Source of the DNA: Candidatus Diapherotrites archaeon CG10_big_fil_rev_8_21_14_0_10_31_34
GTDB taxonomy: Archaea > Iainarchaeota > Iainarchaeia > Iainarchaeales > 1-14-0-10-31-34
Assembly (NCBI GenBank): GCA_002763225.1
Contig: PFAI01000004.1
Location: 1 to 16,100, forward strand
Direction of reading: 5' to 3'
DNA: 16,100 bases
In this document: positions 1 through 7,327 of the stretch, piece after piece
Layout: each line of letters opens with the position of its first letter
Numbering within the stretch: position 1 is the first letter of the stretch
Notes under the pieces: generated by a model
What the model saw: only the letters and a program-made list of their open reading frames with translations
What the model was told of the DNA's origin: nothing
The model's database searches: none
Position numbers and translations under genes: made by a program

Positions 1-423
1 TGTTTCTCCGTTGATTACTGCTTTGACTTCTTTTACTGTAAAACGGATTTGAGTGTATTTTCCTGTTTCAAGTGTTTTTTCTCCTAACAAGTCTTTTAGT
101 CCTTGAGTTGAATCCAAAGACATAATATCAAAAGTTTTTTCTTCTGAAGAAAACAAAATCCAGCCAGCGTTTTCATTTTGTTCTTGTTCCTGATTTGTGT
201 CAGAGTTTACATCTGCATTCTGGTTTTGTTCTTGTTCTTGAGCTGCCATATGCAATTCAACAGAAGAAATAGTAACATATAATGATTCTAATCCATCAAC
301 TTTTTTGTCTGTAATGCTTAACATTAGTTTTCCTGTTTTTTCTGTTGGAGGAGGCAAAGGCCCTGTACATCCAGCAAAAAGTAAAACAGAAAAAACTAAT
401 CCTATTATTATTAAATTTTTCAT
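1..423 (-). CDS. Lipoprotein, DUF4382-like; partial, 3' end runs off the window
   Basis: Manual translation from ATG at 423: MKNLIIIGLVFSVLLFAGCTGPLPPPTEKTGKLMLSITDKKVDGLESLYVTISSVELH...GEKTLETGKYTQIRFTV. Lipobox FAGC; G-x-L-x-x-x-ITD, 'VTISSVELH' and 'GKYTQIR' resemble DUF4382; GAGGTG SD upstream (431-436). Not in the ORF track because it is truncated. Confidence 0.8.
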   Translation of the reverse strand, partial: MKNLIIIGLVFSVLLFAGCTGPLPPPTEKTGKLMLSITDKKVDGLESLYVTISSVELHMAAQEQEQNQNADVNSDTNQEQEQNENAGWILFSSEEKTFDIMSLDSTQGLKDLLGEKTLETGKYTQIRFTVKEVKAVINGET

Positions 424-529
424 TTAATTCCACCTCAAAAATTAATTTAAATAAAATAACTGTTTACTGATTAATAATAGCTGAGAGTTAAAAAAGCTAA
501 CTGAATTCAAAGGAATTAAGCTAAAAATT

Positions 530-585
530 AAAAAAACAAAAAAAAGAGAAAAAAAGAGAAAAAAAGGAAAAAAAAAGGAAAAAAA
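530..585 (-). terminator. Oligo-T tract (archaeal-type terminator) downstream of the 600-1538 gene
   Basis: Repeated A6-9 runs on + (T runs on -) just after the stop codon at 600. Confidence 0.45.
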
Positions 586-599
586 TCCTTCTGATTAAT

Positions 600-1538
600 T
601 TATTTCTTTTCAACCGGAATAATAATTATTTCTTTCCATTCAAAGTCAACTGGTAAATCAGTTTTCTTTATTTTAACTAATTCATATGGTTGAACTGTAA
701 CTTGAATCGCTCCTGTTCCAGGAGCTGGTTTATTGTATGTTTCCTGAACATAAACTATGAACCCGCTTTTTGTTCTCACAATTTTGTTTATTTCAACTCC
801 ATAGTTTCCATTCATTTTTTCTCCTGCAAACACTCCAATCACAGTGTATCTGTCAAAGTCAATGAAAGGCAAAACCATTGGAGCACATTCAACTCCTTCT
901 TCTTGAAAGCATTGCCATGACCGAATTTCACTGTAAAGATTTTCCCATTCATCTAAATTATTAACTACAATTTCTTTTCTTTCAGTGATTCCTGATCTGA
1001 TTTCTTTTTCAACTACAGAAAAATCTATTTGTTCTTCTGTGTGACCAGGAATTACTTCAATTGTTTTTCTGATAACTTCTATATCTAAATCAGTTTTCTT
1101 TATCTGAATTATTTCAAATGGCTGAACTGAATTATATTCAACAACAAGGTTTCCTTGGGGAACTCTTTCCTGAACATAAACATTAATGTATTTTTTTATT
1201 CCAGTTAAACCCATTACTCTGTCAACTTTAAGTTCATAATCTTTTGAAGGTTGTTCTCCCATAAAAACTGCAATTAAAGTGTATTTAGAGAAATCAACTT
1301 CAGGAACATCATAATTCATTTTAGTGTAATTATGAATTTTTTGATATAATTCATTCATTTCGTTTTCATTATTAATAACAAAATAAGTTTTTTCAGTTAC
1401 TCCTGATTCAATTCCTTCCTGAAACACATTAAAACTAATTGGATATTCATCATGCGGTTCAGGAACTGGCCCTGGACCAATACAACCAGCAAAAAATAAT
1501 ACTGGTAAAATTAAACTAATTAAAATTAATTTCTTCAT
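600..1538 (-). CDS. Lipoprotein with two tandem PrcB C-terminal-like domains (protease complex subunit PrcB family)
   Basis: Signal peptide with lipobox FAGC; two homologous halves (VDFSKYTLIAVFMGEQPSKDYELKV...VQPFEIIQIKKTDL and IDFDRYTVIGVFAGEKMNGNYGVEI...VQPYELVKIKKTDL); GAGGTG SD upstream. Confidence 0.8.
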   Translation of the reverse strand: MKKLILISLILPVLFFAGCIGPGPVPEPHDEYPISFNVFQEGIESGVTEKTYFVINNENEMNELYQKIHNYTKMNYDVPEVDFSKYTLIAVFMGEQPSKDYELKVDRVMGLTGIKKYINVYVQERVPQGNLVVEYNSVQPFEIIQIKKTDLDIEVIRKTIEVIPGHTEEQIDFSVVEKEIRSGITERKEIVVNNLDEWENLYSEIRSWQCFQEEGVECAPMVLPFIDFDRYTVIGVFAGEKMNGNYGVEINKIVRTKSGFIVYVQETYNKPAPGTGAIQVTVQPYELVKIKKTDLPVDFEWKEIIIIPVEKK

Positions 1539-1686
1539 TTATTCACCTCAAAGATTATACATAAAAGTATTTTTTGTTCTATTATTTTAAACGTGTTTGT
1601 GCTTTAAAAATCTTTTCTTTTGTTAGGAATTTACCTCAAAAACCTAAAAAAATACTCTTAAAAACCGCTTTTTGTATTATTATATA

Positions 1687-2072
1687 GGGTAGTGGAAGAC
1701 CGGCTGACGGTACCATTGTCTGTAAGCAAAGTAAGGCAGTCCAGCTTTATGCTGGACGCTCTACCAACGCGAGCAGGCGTTGTGGCGCTGAGGAAAGTCC
1801 GCTCACTCATTCCCAAAAAACAAACCTGAGAAGGTTTCCCAAAGAGCAGAAACGATACCTTTCCAAAAATTACTATGACCAATTGTGAGATTTTTTGAAA
1901 AAGGATGAAACGTGCTTTGGGTTAAACAGAACTGAAATAAGTTCTGGGAGTGCAAGTCTTTAAGACGCTTAGGTGAATGCCGGCAACAGCCTTTTGAAAA
2001 AAGGCTGGCGAAAATTTTCGTCAACCTTTTGCTAAAAGGTTGAAACAAAAAGCGGCTTACTCTCCACAACCC
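1687..2072 (+). ncRNA. rnpB: RNase P RNA (archaeal type)
   Basis: CR-I GAGGAAAGTCCGC (1790-1802) pairs with CR-V AACAAAAAGCGGCTTA (2044-2059). P1 is GGGTAGTGGA (1687-1696) with TCCACAACCC (2063-2072); P2 is CCGGC/GCCGG. CR-II GCAGAAAC, CR-III TGAAAC and CR-IV TTAGGTGAATG are present. GC-richer than the flanks. Confidence 0.93.
1987..2042. repeat. Tail-to-tail doublet of family-A hairpin repeats within rnpB (P19 position)
   Basis: CAGCCTTTTGAAAAAAGGCTG-GCGAAAA (1987-2014) followed by TTTTCGT-CAACCTTTTGCTAAAAGGTTG (2015-2042). Confidence 0.7.
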
Positions 2073-2310
2073 CAAAAACCTTTTTTAGAAAAAAAGCTTT
2101 ACCAAAAAACTCAAAAAAATGCCTTCAGCTGAAAAGTTGTATCAAAATGCGTGGCATTCGTTGCGCTCAGTCCCGCTGTTTTTTACAAAAAGTTGTATCA
2201 AAAAAGCAACCTTTTTTTCAAAAAGGTTGAACAAAAACTGATTTTAAATAAACTATACTGCTTTATCGAGCGAAGCGAAGATAATGCGTTCCCTTCCAAA
2301 GCAACTTGGA
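2073..2310. repeat. Cluster of family-A (T/A-tract hairpin + CAAAA) and family-B (GA-GC-NNA-GC-GAA) repeats
   Basis: Family A at about 2076-2107, 2132-2147 (half), 2178-2203 and 2207-2236; AAAAGTTGTATCAAAA is exact at 2132-2147, 2188-2203 and 13574-13589. Family B at 2153-2180 (-) and 2260-2287 (+). Confidence 0.75.
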
Positions 2311-2332
2311 AAACCAATAAATTTAATTACTT
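2309..2332 (+). promoter_or_regulatory. BRE/TATA-like promoter, copy 1 of an exact 24-bp direct repeat
   Basis: GAAAACCAATAAATTTAATTACTT, identical to 2623-2646; TTTAAT lies about 24 nt upstream of ATG 2351 (leaderless spacing). Confidence 0.6.
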
Positions 2333-2350
2333 AAAACAACTAGTTATTTC

Positions 2351-2623
2351 ATGACGCCAAAAAGAGTTAGACAAAATACATCAAACAGGGTTAAATCAAG
2401 AAAACAAAAAAAAGGCAGAACAAGCAGAATACTTCTAAGAAAAGATCCTTTATATGCAGCTCTACAAAGAACAATTGATGGAGAAATAAACTTGATTAAA
2501 ATAGCGGGCAAAAAACCTGAAGTCCTTGAAAAAGCTAAAAAAAATTCATTTAAAAGAATCAAACAAAAAATGGCGCTTAAAAAAAAGCAAATGAAAGCAT
2601 ATTCTTCACTGGATTTTAGTTAG
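2351..2623 (+). CDS. Hypothetical Lys/Arg-rich 90-aa protein
   Basis: ATG-started ORF filling the space between the two 24-bp repeats, with a TATA box at leaderless spacing; no family recognised. Confidence 0.6.
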   Translation: MTPKRVRQNTSNRVKSRKQKKGRTSRILLRKDPLYAALQRTIDGEINLIKIAGKKPEVLEKAKKNSFKRIKQKMALKKKQMKAYSSLDFS

Positions 2624-2646
2624 AAAACCAATAAATTTAATTACTT
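2623..2646 (+). promoter_or_regulatory. Putative alaS promoter, copy 2 of the 24-bp direct repeat
   Basis: Same 24-mer; TTTAAT at 2636-2641, SD-like AGGCGA at 2669-2674, ATG at 2679. Confidence 0.6.
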
Positions 2647-2678
2647 GTACTTCTTCTTAATATAATTCAGGCGAGAAA

Positions 2679-5333
2679 ATGAGTGTATCAAAAAAAGAAT
2701 TAAGAGAAAAGTTTTCAAAGGACTGGAAAACACATTATGACTTAAAATTCTTTAAAGAAAAAGGTTTTGAAAGAAAGCAATGCAAGAGTTGCGGAAGAAA
2801 TTTTTGGACTGTTGATCATTCAAGAAAAACTTGTGCTGACTCAACTTGTGTTGGATATGAATTCATCGGACAAAAAACAACTAAATTAGAGTATGTAGAG
2901 ACATGGAAAGAAATTGAAAACTATTTTACAAAACACGGGCATACTTCAATCAAAAGATATCCAACTGTAAGCAGATGGCGGGACGACCTTTACTTTACTA
3001 ATGCATCAATAATTGATTTTCAGCCTTATGTGGTTAACGGAGAAATTGAACCTCCTGCAAACCCTTTAATTATTCCGCAGACAAGCATCAGGTTTGGAGA
3101 CGTAAACAATGTTGGGGTAACCGGAAGGCATTACACTTGTTTTGTAATGTTTGGCCAGCATGCATTTAACAAAAAAAATAAATTATTTTACTGGAAAGAA
3201 GAAGCAATAAAATATGATTATGAATATGTTTTGAAAGTTTTAGGGATAAAAGAAAAAGACTTGGTTTTTCAGGAAGATGTCTGGATGGGTGGAGGTTCTT
3301 TTGGACCATGCATTGAATATTGTTCTAAAGGAGTTGAATTAGGAAATATTGTTTTCATGCAATACAAGGACATGGGAAACGGAAAATTCAGGGAACTAGA
3401 CACAAAAGTAATTGACATGGGAGCAGGATTAGAAAGGCTTGCATGGTTTACTAATGGTTCTCCTACTTCATATGAATTAACTTTTGGAAAAGCAATTCAG
3501 GACATGAAAAAACAAACCGGAATAAAAGTAGATGAAAAAATGTTTTCAGATTACGCCAAGCTTTCAGGAATACTTGACAGCGAAATAAAAGATTATGAAA
3601 AACAAAAAACATTGATTACAAAAAAAATCGGGGCAGACAAAAAATTCTTTTCTGAATTAGAAAAATTACAGGCACTGTATGCTATTGCAGATCATCTGAA
3701 AAACATTTTATACACTACAAACGACGGAATGCTCCCGTCAAATTCAGGCGGGGGATATAATTTAAGAATGATTTTAAGAAGAGTTTTTGCTTTCAACAAA
3801 GAATTTGGGTTTGGATTAGATTATGGCAAAATAATTGAAAATCATGCACTGCATTTAACTGAACTTGATTCAGAAATAAGCTTAGGAGTTAGAACTGCAA
3901 TAGAAATAGTACAAGAAGAAGAAAAAAAATATAATTCAAGCAAAATAAACGCAGAAAAAAAATTAAGTGCAGTAATAGAAAAAACAAAAAAAGAAAAAAA
4001 AGAATTAAGCTCAAACGAATTAATGACTTTATATGAATCAGATGGTATTGCACCAGAAACAGTTAAAGAAATTGCAGCAAAAAAAGGTATTCAGGTAATC
4101 ATTCCGGCAAACTTTTACCAGATGATTGCAAAAGAAGATGAAATTGAAAAAGAAAAAACCCGGGAAATAAGAATTGACTTTGAAAAAACTTTTCCTTTAT
4201 ATTACGAAGACAGGTATATGCAGGAATTTCAGGCAAAAGTTTCAGGCAAAATGGATGATTACTTGATTTTAGATAAAACTGCTTTTTATCCTGAAGGCGG
4301 AGGACAAGTAGGAGACATTGGAGAAATAAACGGGATAAAAGTTTTGGATACACAGCAGCAGCATGGAGTAATAATGCATGAAATGGAAAAAATTAATAAA
4401 TTTAAAACAGGAATGACTGTAATAGGAAAAATTGACTGGAAAAGAAGGCATAACATAATGAAGCATCATACTGCTGCACATGTATTAAATGCTGCTGCAA
4501 GAGAAGTTTTAGGAAATCATATCTGGCAGGGTGGAAGCAAAAAAGAAGAAAATAAAGCGCATTTGGATTTAACTCATTTTAAGAGAATTACTTCTGAAGA
4601 AATCAAAAAAATTGAGTTTAATGCAAACAGAATAATACAGGAAAACGTTGAAGTGGAAAACTTTGAAATGGAAAGAGATAAAGCAGAACAAAAATTTGGT
4701 TTCAGATTATATCAAGGAGGAGCAGTTCCAGGAAAAAAATTAAGGATATTAAATGTTAAAGGATATGATGTTGAAGCCTGTGGAGGAACACACATTAAAA
4801 ACACCGGAGAAATAGGGTTATTTAAAATAATTAAAAGAGAAGGAATCAAAGACGGAATAGAAAGAATAACTTATTCTGTTGGATTAAATGCAATTAAATT
4901 AATTCAGGAAAAAGAACAAATAATCAAAGAAACCGCTGAACTGCTTGGATGCCCTGAAACAAAAATACTGGAATCAAATAAAAGAATAATTAATGAATGG
5001 AAACAATTAAGAAAACAAATAAATAAAGGAAATTTTTCAGAAAAAGAAATTAATGTAAAAAACCCTAAAGGAAGAAATTTTATTGAATTAAATGATGTTC
5101 CGGAAAAAGCAGTTATTTCTTTGGCTGACAAGCTGGCAAAAGAAAACCCTGAAGGAGAATTTATTTTAATTAATGAAGAAACTGTTTTGGTAATTGAAGG
5201 AATTAAATCAAAATACAAAGCAAACAAAACATTGCAGGAAATTTTTTCTAAAGCAAAAGGCAAAGGCGGGGGAAATGAAAAATTTGCCAGAGGAAAAGTT
5301 TTTGAAAAAGAAAAACTAAAAAAACTTTTTTAG
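2679..5333 (+). CDS. alaS: Alanine--tRNA ligase (archaeal type)
   Basis: N-terminal CxxC 'CKSCGRNFWT', 'RWRDDLYFTNASIIDFQP', 'VGVTGRHYTCFVM', 'IDMGAGLER', editing domain 'HHTAAH' and 'EACGGTH', C-terminal 'GKGGG'. Confidence 0.98.
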   Translation: MSVSKKELREKFSKDWKTHYDLKFFKEKGFERKQCKSCGRNFWTVDHSRKTCADSTCVGYEFIGQKTTKLEYVETWKEIENYFTKHGHTSIKRYPTVSRWRDDLYFTNASIIDFQPYVVNGEIEPPANPLIIPQTSIRFGDVNNVGVTGRHYTCFVMFGQHAFNKKNKLFYWKEEAIKYDYEYVLKVLGIKEKDLVFQEDVWMGGGSFGPCIEYCSKGVELGNIVFMQYKDMGNGKFRELDTKVIDMGAGLERLAWFTNGSPTSYELTFGKAIQDMKKQTGIKVDEKMFSDYAKLSGILDSEIKDYEKQKTLITKKIGADKKFFSELEKLQALYAIADHLKNILYTTNDGMLPSNSGGGYNLRMILRRVFAFNKEFGFGLDYGKIIENHALHLTELDSEISLGVRTAIEIVQEEEKKYNSSKINAEKKLSAVIEKTKKEKKELSSNELMTLYESDGIAPETVKEIAAKKGIQVIIPANFYQMIAKEDEIEKEKTREIRIDFEKTFPLYYEDRYMQEFQAKVSGKMDDYLILDKTAFYPEGGGQVGDIGEINGIKVLDTQQQHGVIMHEMEKINKFKTGMTVIGKIDWKRRHNIMKHHTAAHVLNAAAREVLGNHIWQGGSKKEENKAHLDLTHFKRITSEEIKKIEFNANRIIQENVEVENFEMERDKAEQKFGFRLYQGGAVPGKKLRILNVKGYDVEACGGTHIKNTGEIGLFKIIKREGIKDGIERITYSVGLNAIKLIQEKEQIIKETAELLGCPETKILESNKRIINEWKQLRKQINKGNFSEKEINVKNPKGRNFIELNDVPEKAVISLADKLAKENPEGEFILINEETVLVIEGIKSKYKANKTLQEIFSKAKGKGGGNEKFARGKVFEKEKLKKLF

Positions 5334-5342
5334 AATTAATTT

Positions 5343-5398
5343 GAACTCAAAGAGTTCCTTTTTTTTGGTAAAGCTTTTTTTTAAAAAAAGGTTTTTTG
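5343..5398. repeat. Hairpin plus T-run terminator candidate and an inverted family-A repeat
   Basis: GAACTC-AAA-GAGTTC (5343-5357) followed by a T run; 5361-5398 is nearly the exact reverse complement of 2073-2109. Confidence 0.65.
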
Positions 5399-5448
5399 CC
5401 AGAGGAAAAATAGAAAACAAAAAAGAATTAGAAAAAATGATTAAATGA
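5395..5448 (+). pseudogene. Orphan alternative 3' end of alaS (FARGKIENKKELEKMIK*)
   Basis: TTTGCCAGAGGAAAA is repeated from 5283-5297, which is in frame in alaS; this copy reads to a stop after a similar number of codons. Confidence 0.6.
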
Positions 5449-5456
5449 ATTGATTT

Positions 5457-5507
5457 CAGCTCGGCTGAGCACAGCGAATGCCGTGCATCGTGCTAAAACG
5501 GCGAAAC
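5457..5507 (+). repeat. Family-B GC-rich hairpin repeat between convergent alaS and the RSH gene
   Basis: CGGCT-GA-GC-ACA-GC-GAA-TGCCG (5462-5483) and ACGGCGAAAC (5498-5507), both matching 12256-12320. Confidence 0.7.
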
Positions 5508-5510
5508 GTT

Positions 5511-7313
5511 TTATTCGATGAACCTGGATTTAACATCTACTACTCCTTTGATTTTTTTGATTCTTTTTATTAGTTGTTCTAGTTTTATCGGGTCACTTAA
5601 TTCAATTGTAAAAGAATTTTTTCCAATTCTGCTTTCATAACTGGATTTTATTTCAGCAGAAAAAATGTTTGCATTAGCTTCAACAATTGCGTCAGCAAAA
5701 TCTTTTATTAAGCCAACCCTGTCAAAAGCCCTGAATTCAATTGAAACCAAAGGCATTCTTTGTTTTTTTTCTTTTTTTCTTCTTAAATGTTTTTGAATTT
5801 CTTCTCTTGCTTTAGCTGAAATAGCAAAATTATTCCAAAATTTTGAAACCTTAATATTTTTGCCTGCAATCACTTCAACTAAATCTCCGTTTCCAAGTTT
5901 CTGCCATATTGGAACATTTTTTCCGTTTACTTTGGCTTTCTTTAATCTGTCCCCTGTTTTTGAATCAACTGCATAAGCAAAATCAATTACTGATGCATCT
6001 TTTGGAAGTTCAGTTATTTTTCCTTGAGGAGTAAAAACAAGAATTCTGTCTTTCAAATAATCAGTTTTAAGTGAATCAATAAAAGATTCAGTTGAAAGTT
6101 CATCAATATTAATTGACATTAAATTATTCAGCAAAGAAAGATTTTTTCTGAAAACATTTTTATCTATCTCTGATTCTCTAAGCAGTTCAGCTACTCCTTT
6201 GTTAATCAATGACTGCATTTCTTTTGTTCTGATATAAATTTTGATTGGAGAATGCTTTGGCCCCAAAACAGTAGTATGAATTGATTTATACAAGTCAAGC
6301 TGAGAAATAGACATATGGTCTCTGAACTTTAATGGAATAGGAGAAAAAGTGTTATGCAGGATTCCCAAAAATTCATAGCATTGTTCTTTTGTATCAGTTA
6401 AAGCAATTAAAACAACTGAATCCTGTACTTCAGTAAAGGATTTGAAATTTTGAGTCATTTTTTTGAAAGTACTGTAAGTGGTTCTCCTGTATTTAGTGAA
6501 ATCAACTTTTAATTCTGCTTTAGAAAGTTTTTTTTCAAGTGTTTTAATCATTAAATTCATTTCATCTTCTTTTAGTTTAGTGCTGGTTTTCAGCCTGTTT
6601 CTTATTTTAACATAAATTTTTGGTTTAATTATTTTAAAACAAATTTCTTCAAAATCATCTTTTAAATCATGCAAACCAAGTTTTTTTGCTAAAGGAACAT
6701 AGAATTCTAATGCATGAGAAGCAATCATAATTTGTTTTTGTTTTGGAAGAAACTGCAGTGTTTTAAGATTATGGTATTTGTCTGCCAGTTTAATCAATAA
6801 AACCCTTACATCTTTTGTTGTAGCAAGCAATATTTTCTGTAAAGCAACATTGTATTCTTTTCTGTCGCTTATTGTTACAATCTGCCTTAATTTAGTTAAG
6901 CTTTCAACCAAAGAAGCAACTTCTTTTCCAAAAACTGTTTTAATTTCTTTTACTGCTGTTTCAGTGTCTTCAACTACATCGTGAAGCAATGCTGCTGCAA
7001 TAGACTGAGCATCCATTTTTAACTGAGTTAAATATAATGCAGTGTTATAAGGGTGAATAAAATAAGGTTCTCCTGAAACTCTTTTTTGTTTTAAATGCTT
7101 TTTCTTTGAATACCAGAATGCTTTAGAAATTAACTCTGAACCAAACTCTTCTTTTGAGTTTTTATTCAAAAACTTTAATCCAGTTTTCAATGCAAACCTT
7201 TCTTTTGAAATCTTTAAAGCTTTTTTGATAAAACTTGATTCTTTTTTATTGTAAGAATAATAATTATCCAAAAGTTTTTCAAGCATTTCATTGTAATTCA
7301 GTTTTTTTGACAT
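5511..7313 (-). CDS. Long RelA/SpoT homologue (HD hydrolase - degenerate synthetase - TGS - ACT)
   Basis: 'QKRVSGEPYFIHP', 'ALLHDVVEDT', 'IKLADKYHN' (HD domain); 'VFTPQG...LPKDASVIDFAYAV' (TGS); 'AFDRVGLIKD' (ACT). ATG 7313 is preferred over the track start (7331) because an SD-like AGTGAT precedes it. Confidence 0.92.
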   Translation of the reverse strand: MSKKLNYNEMLEKLLDNYYSYNKKESSFIKKALKISKERFALKTGLKFLNKNSKEEFGSELISKAFWYSKKKHLKQKRVSGEPYFIHPYNTALYLTQLKMDAQSIAAALLHDVVEDTETAVKEIKTVFGKEVASLVESLTKLRQIVTISDRKEYNVALQKILLATTKDVRVLLIKLADKYHNLKTLQFLPKQKQIMIASHALEFYVPLAKKLGLHDLKDDFEEICFKIIKPKIYVKIRNRLKTSTKLKEDEMNLMIKTLEKKLSKAELKVDFTKYRRTTYSTFKKMTQNFKSFTEVQDSVVLIALTDTKEQCYEFLGILHNTFSPIPLKFRDHMSISQLDLYKSIHTTVLGPKHSPIKIYIRTKEMQSLINKGVAELLRESEIDKNVFRKNLSLLNNLMSINIDELSTESFIDSLKTDYLKDRILVFTPQGKITELPKDASVIDFAYAVDSKTGDRLKKAKVNGKNVPIWQKLGNGDLVEVIAGKNIKVSKFWNNFAISAKAREEIQKHLRRKKEKKQRMPLVSIEFRAFDRVGLIKDFADAIVEANANIFSAEIKSSYESRIGKNSFTIELSDPIKLEQLIKRIKKIKGVVDVKSRFIE

Positions 7314-7327
7314 AAAAAAAATCACTT

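Noticed and set aside
2092..2236. CRISPR-like array of AAAAG(T/C/G)T..A.CAAAA units
   Set aside because: Units are only 16 bp and variable, spacing is irregular (40, 56, 33 bp), spacers are themselves repeats, and no cas genes are present.
1658..2354. ORFs 1658-1882 (-), 1803-2075 (-) and 2151-2354 (+)
   Set aside because: They overlap rnpB or the hairpin cluster, use weak starts and show no protein-like features.
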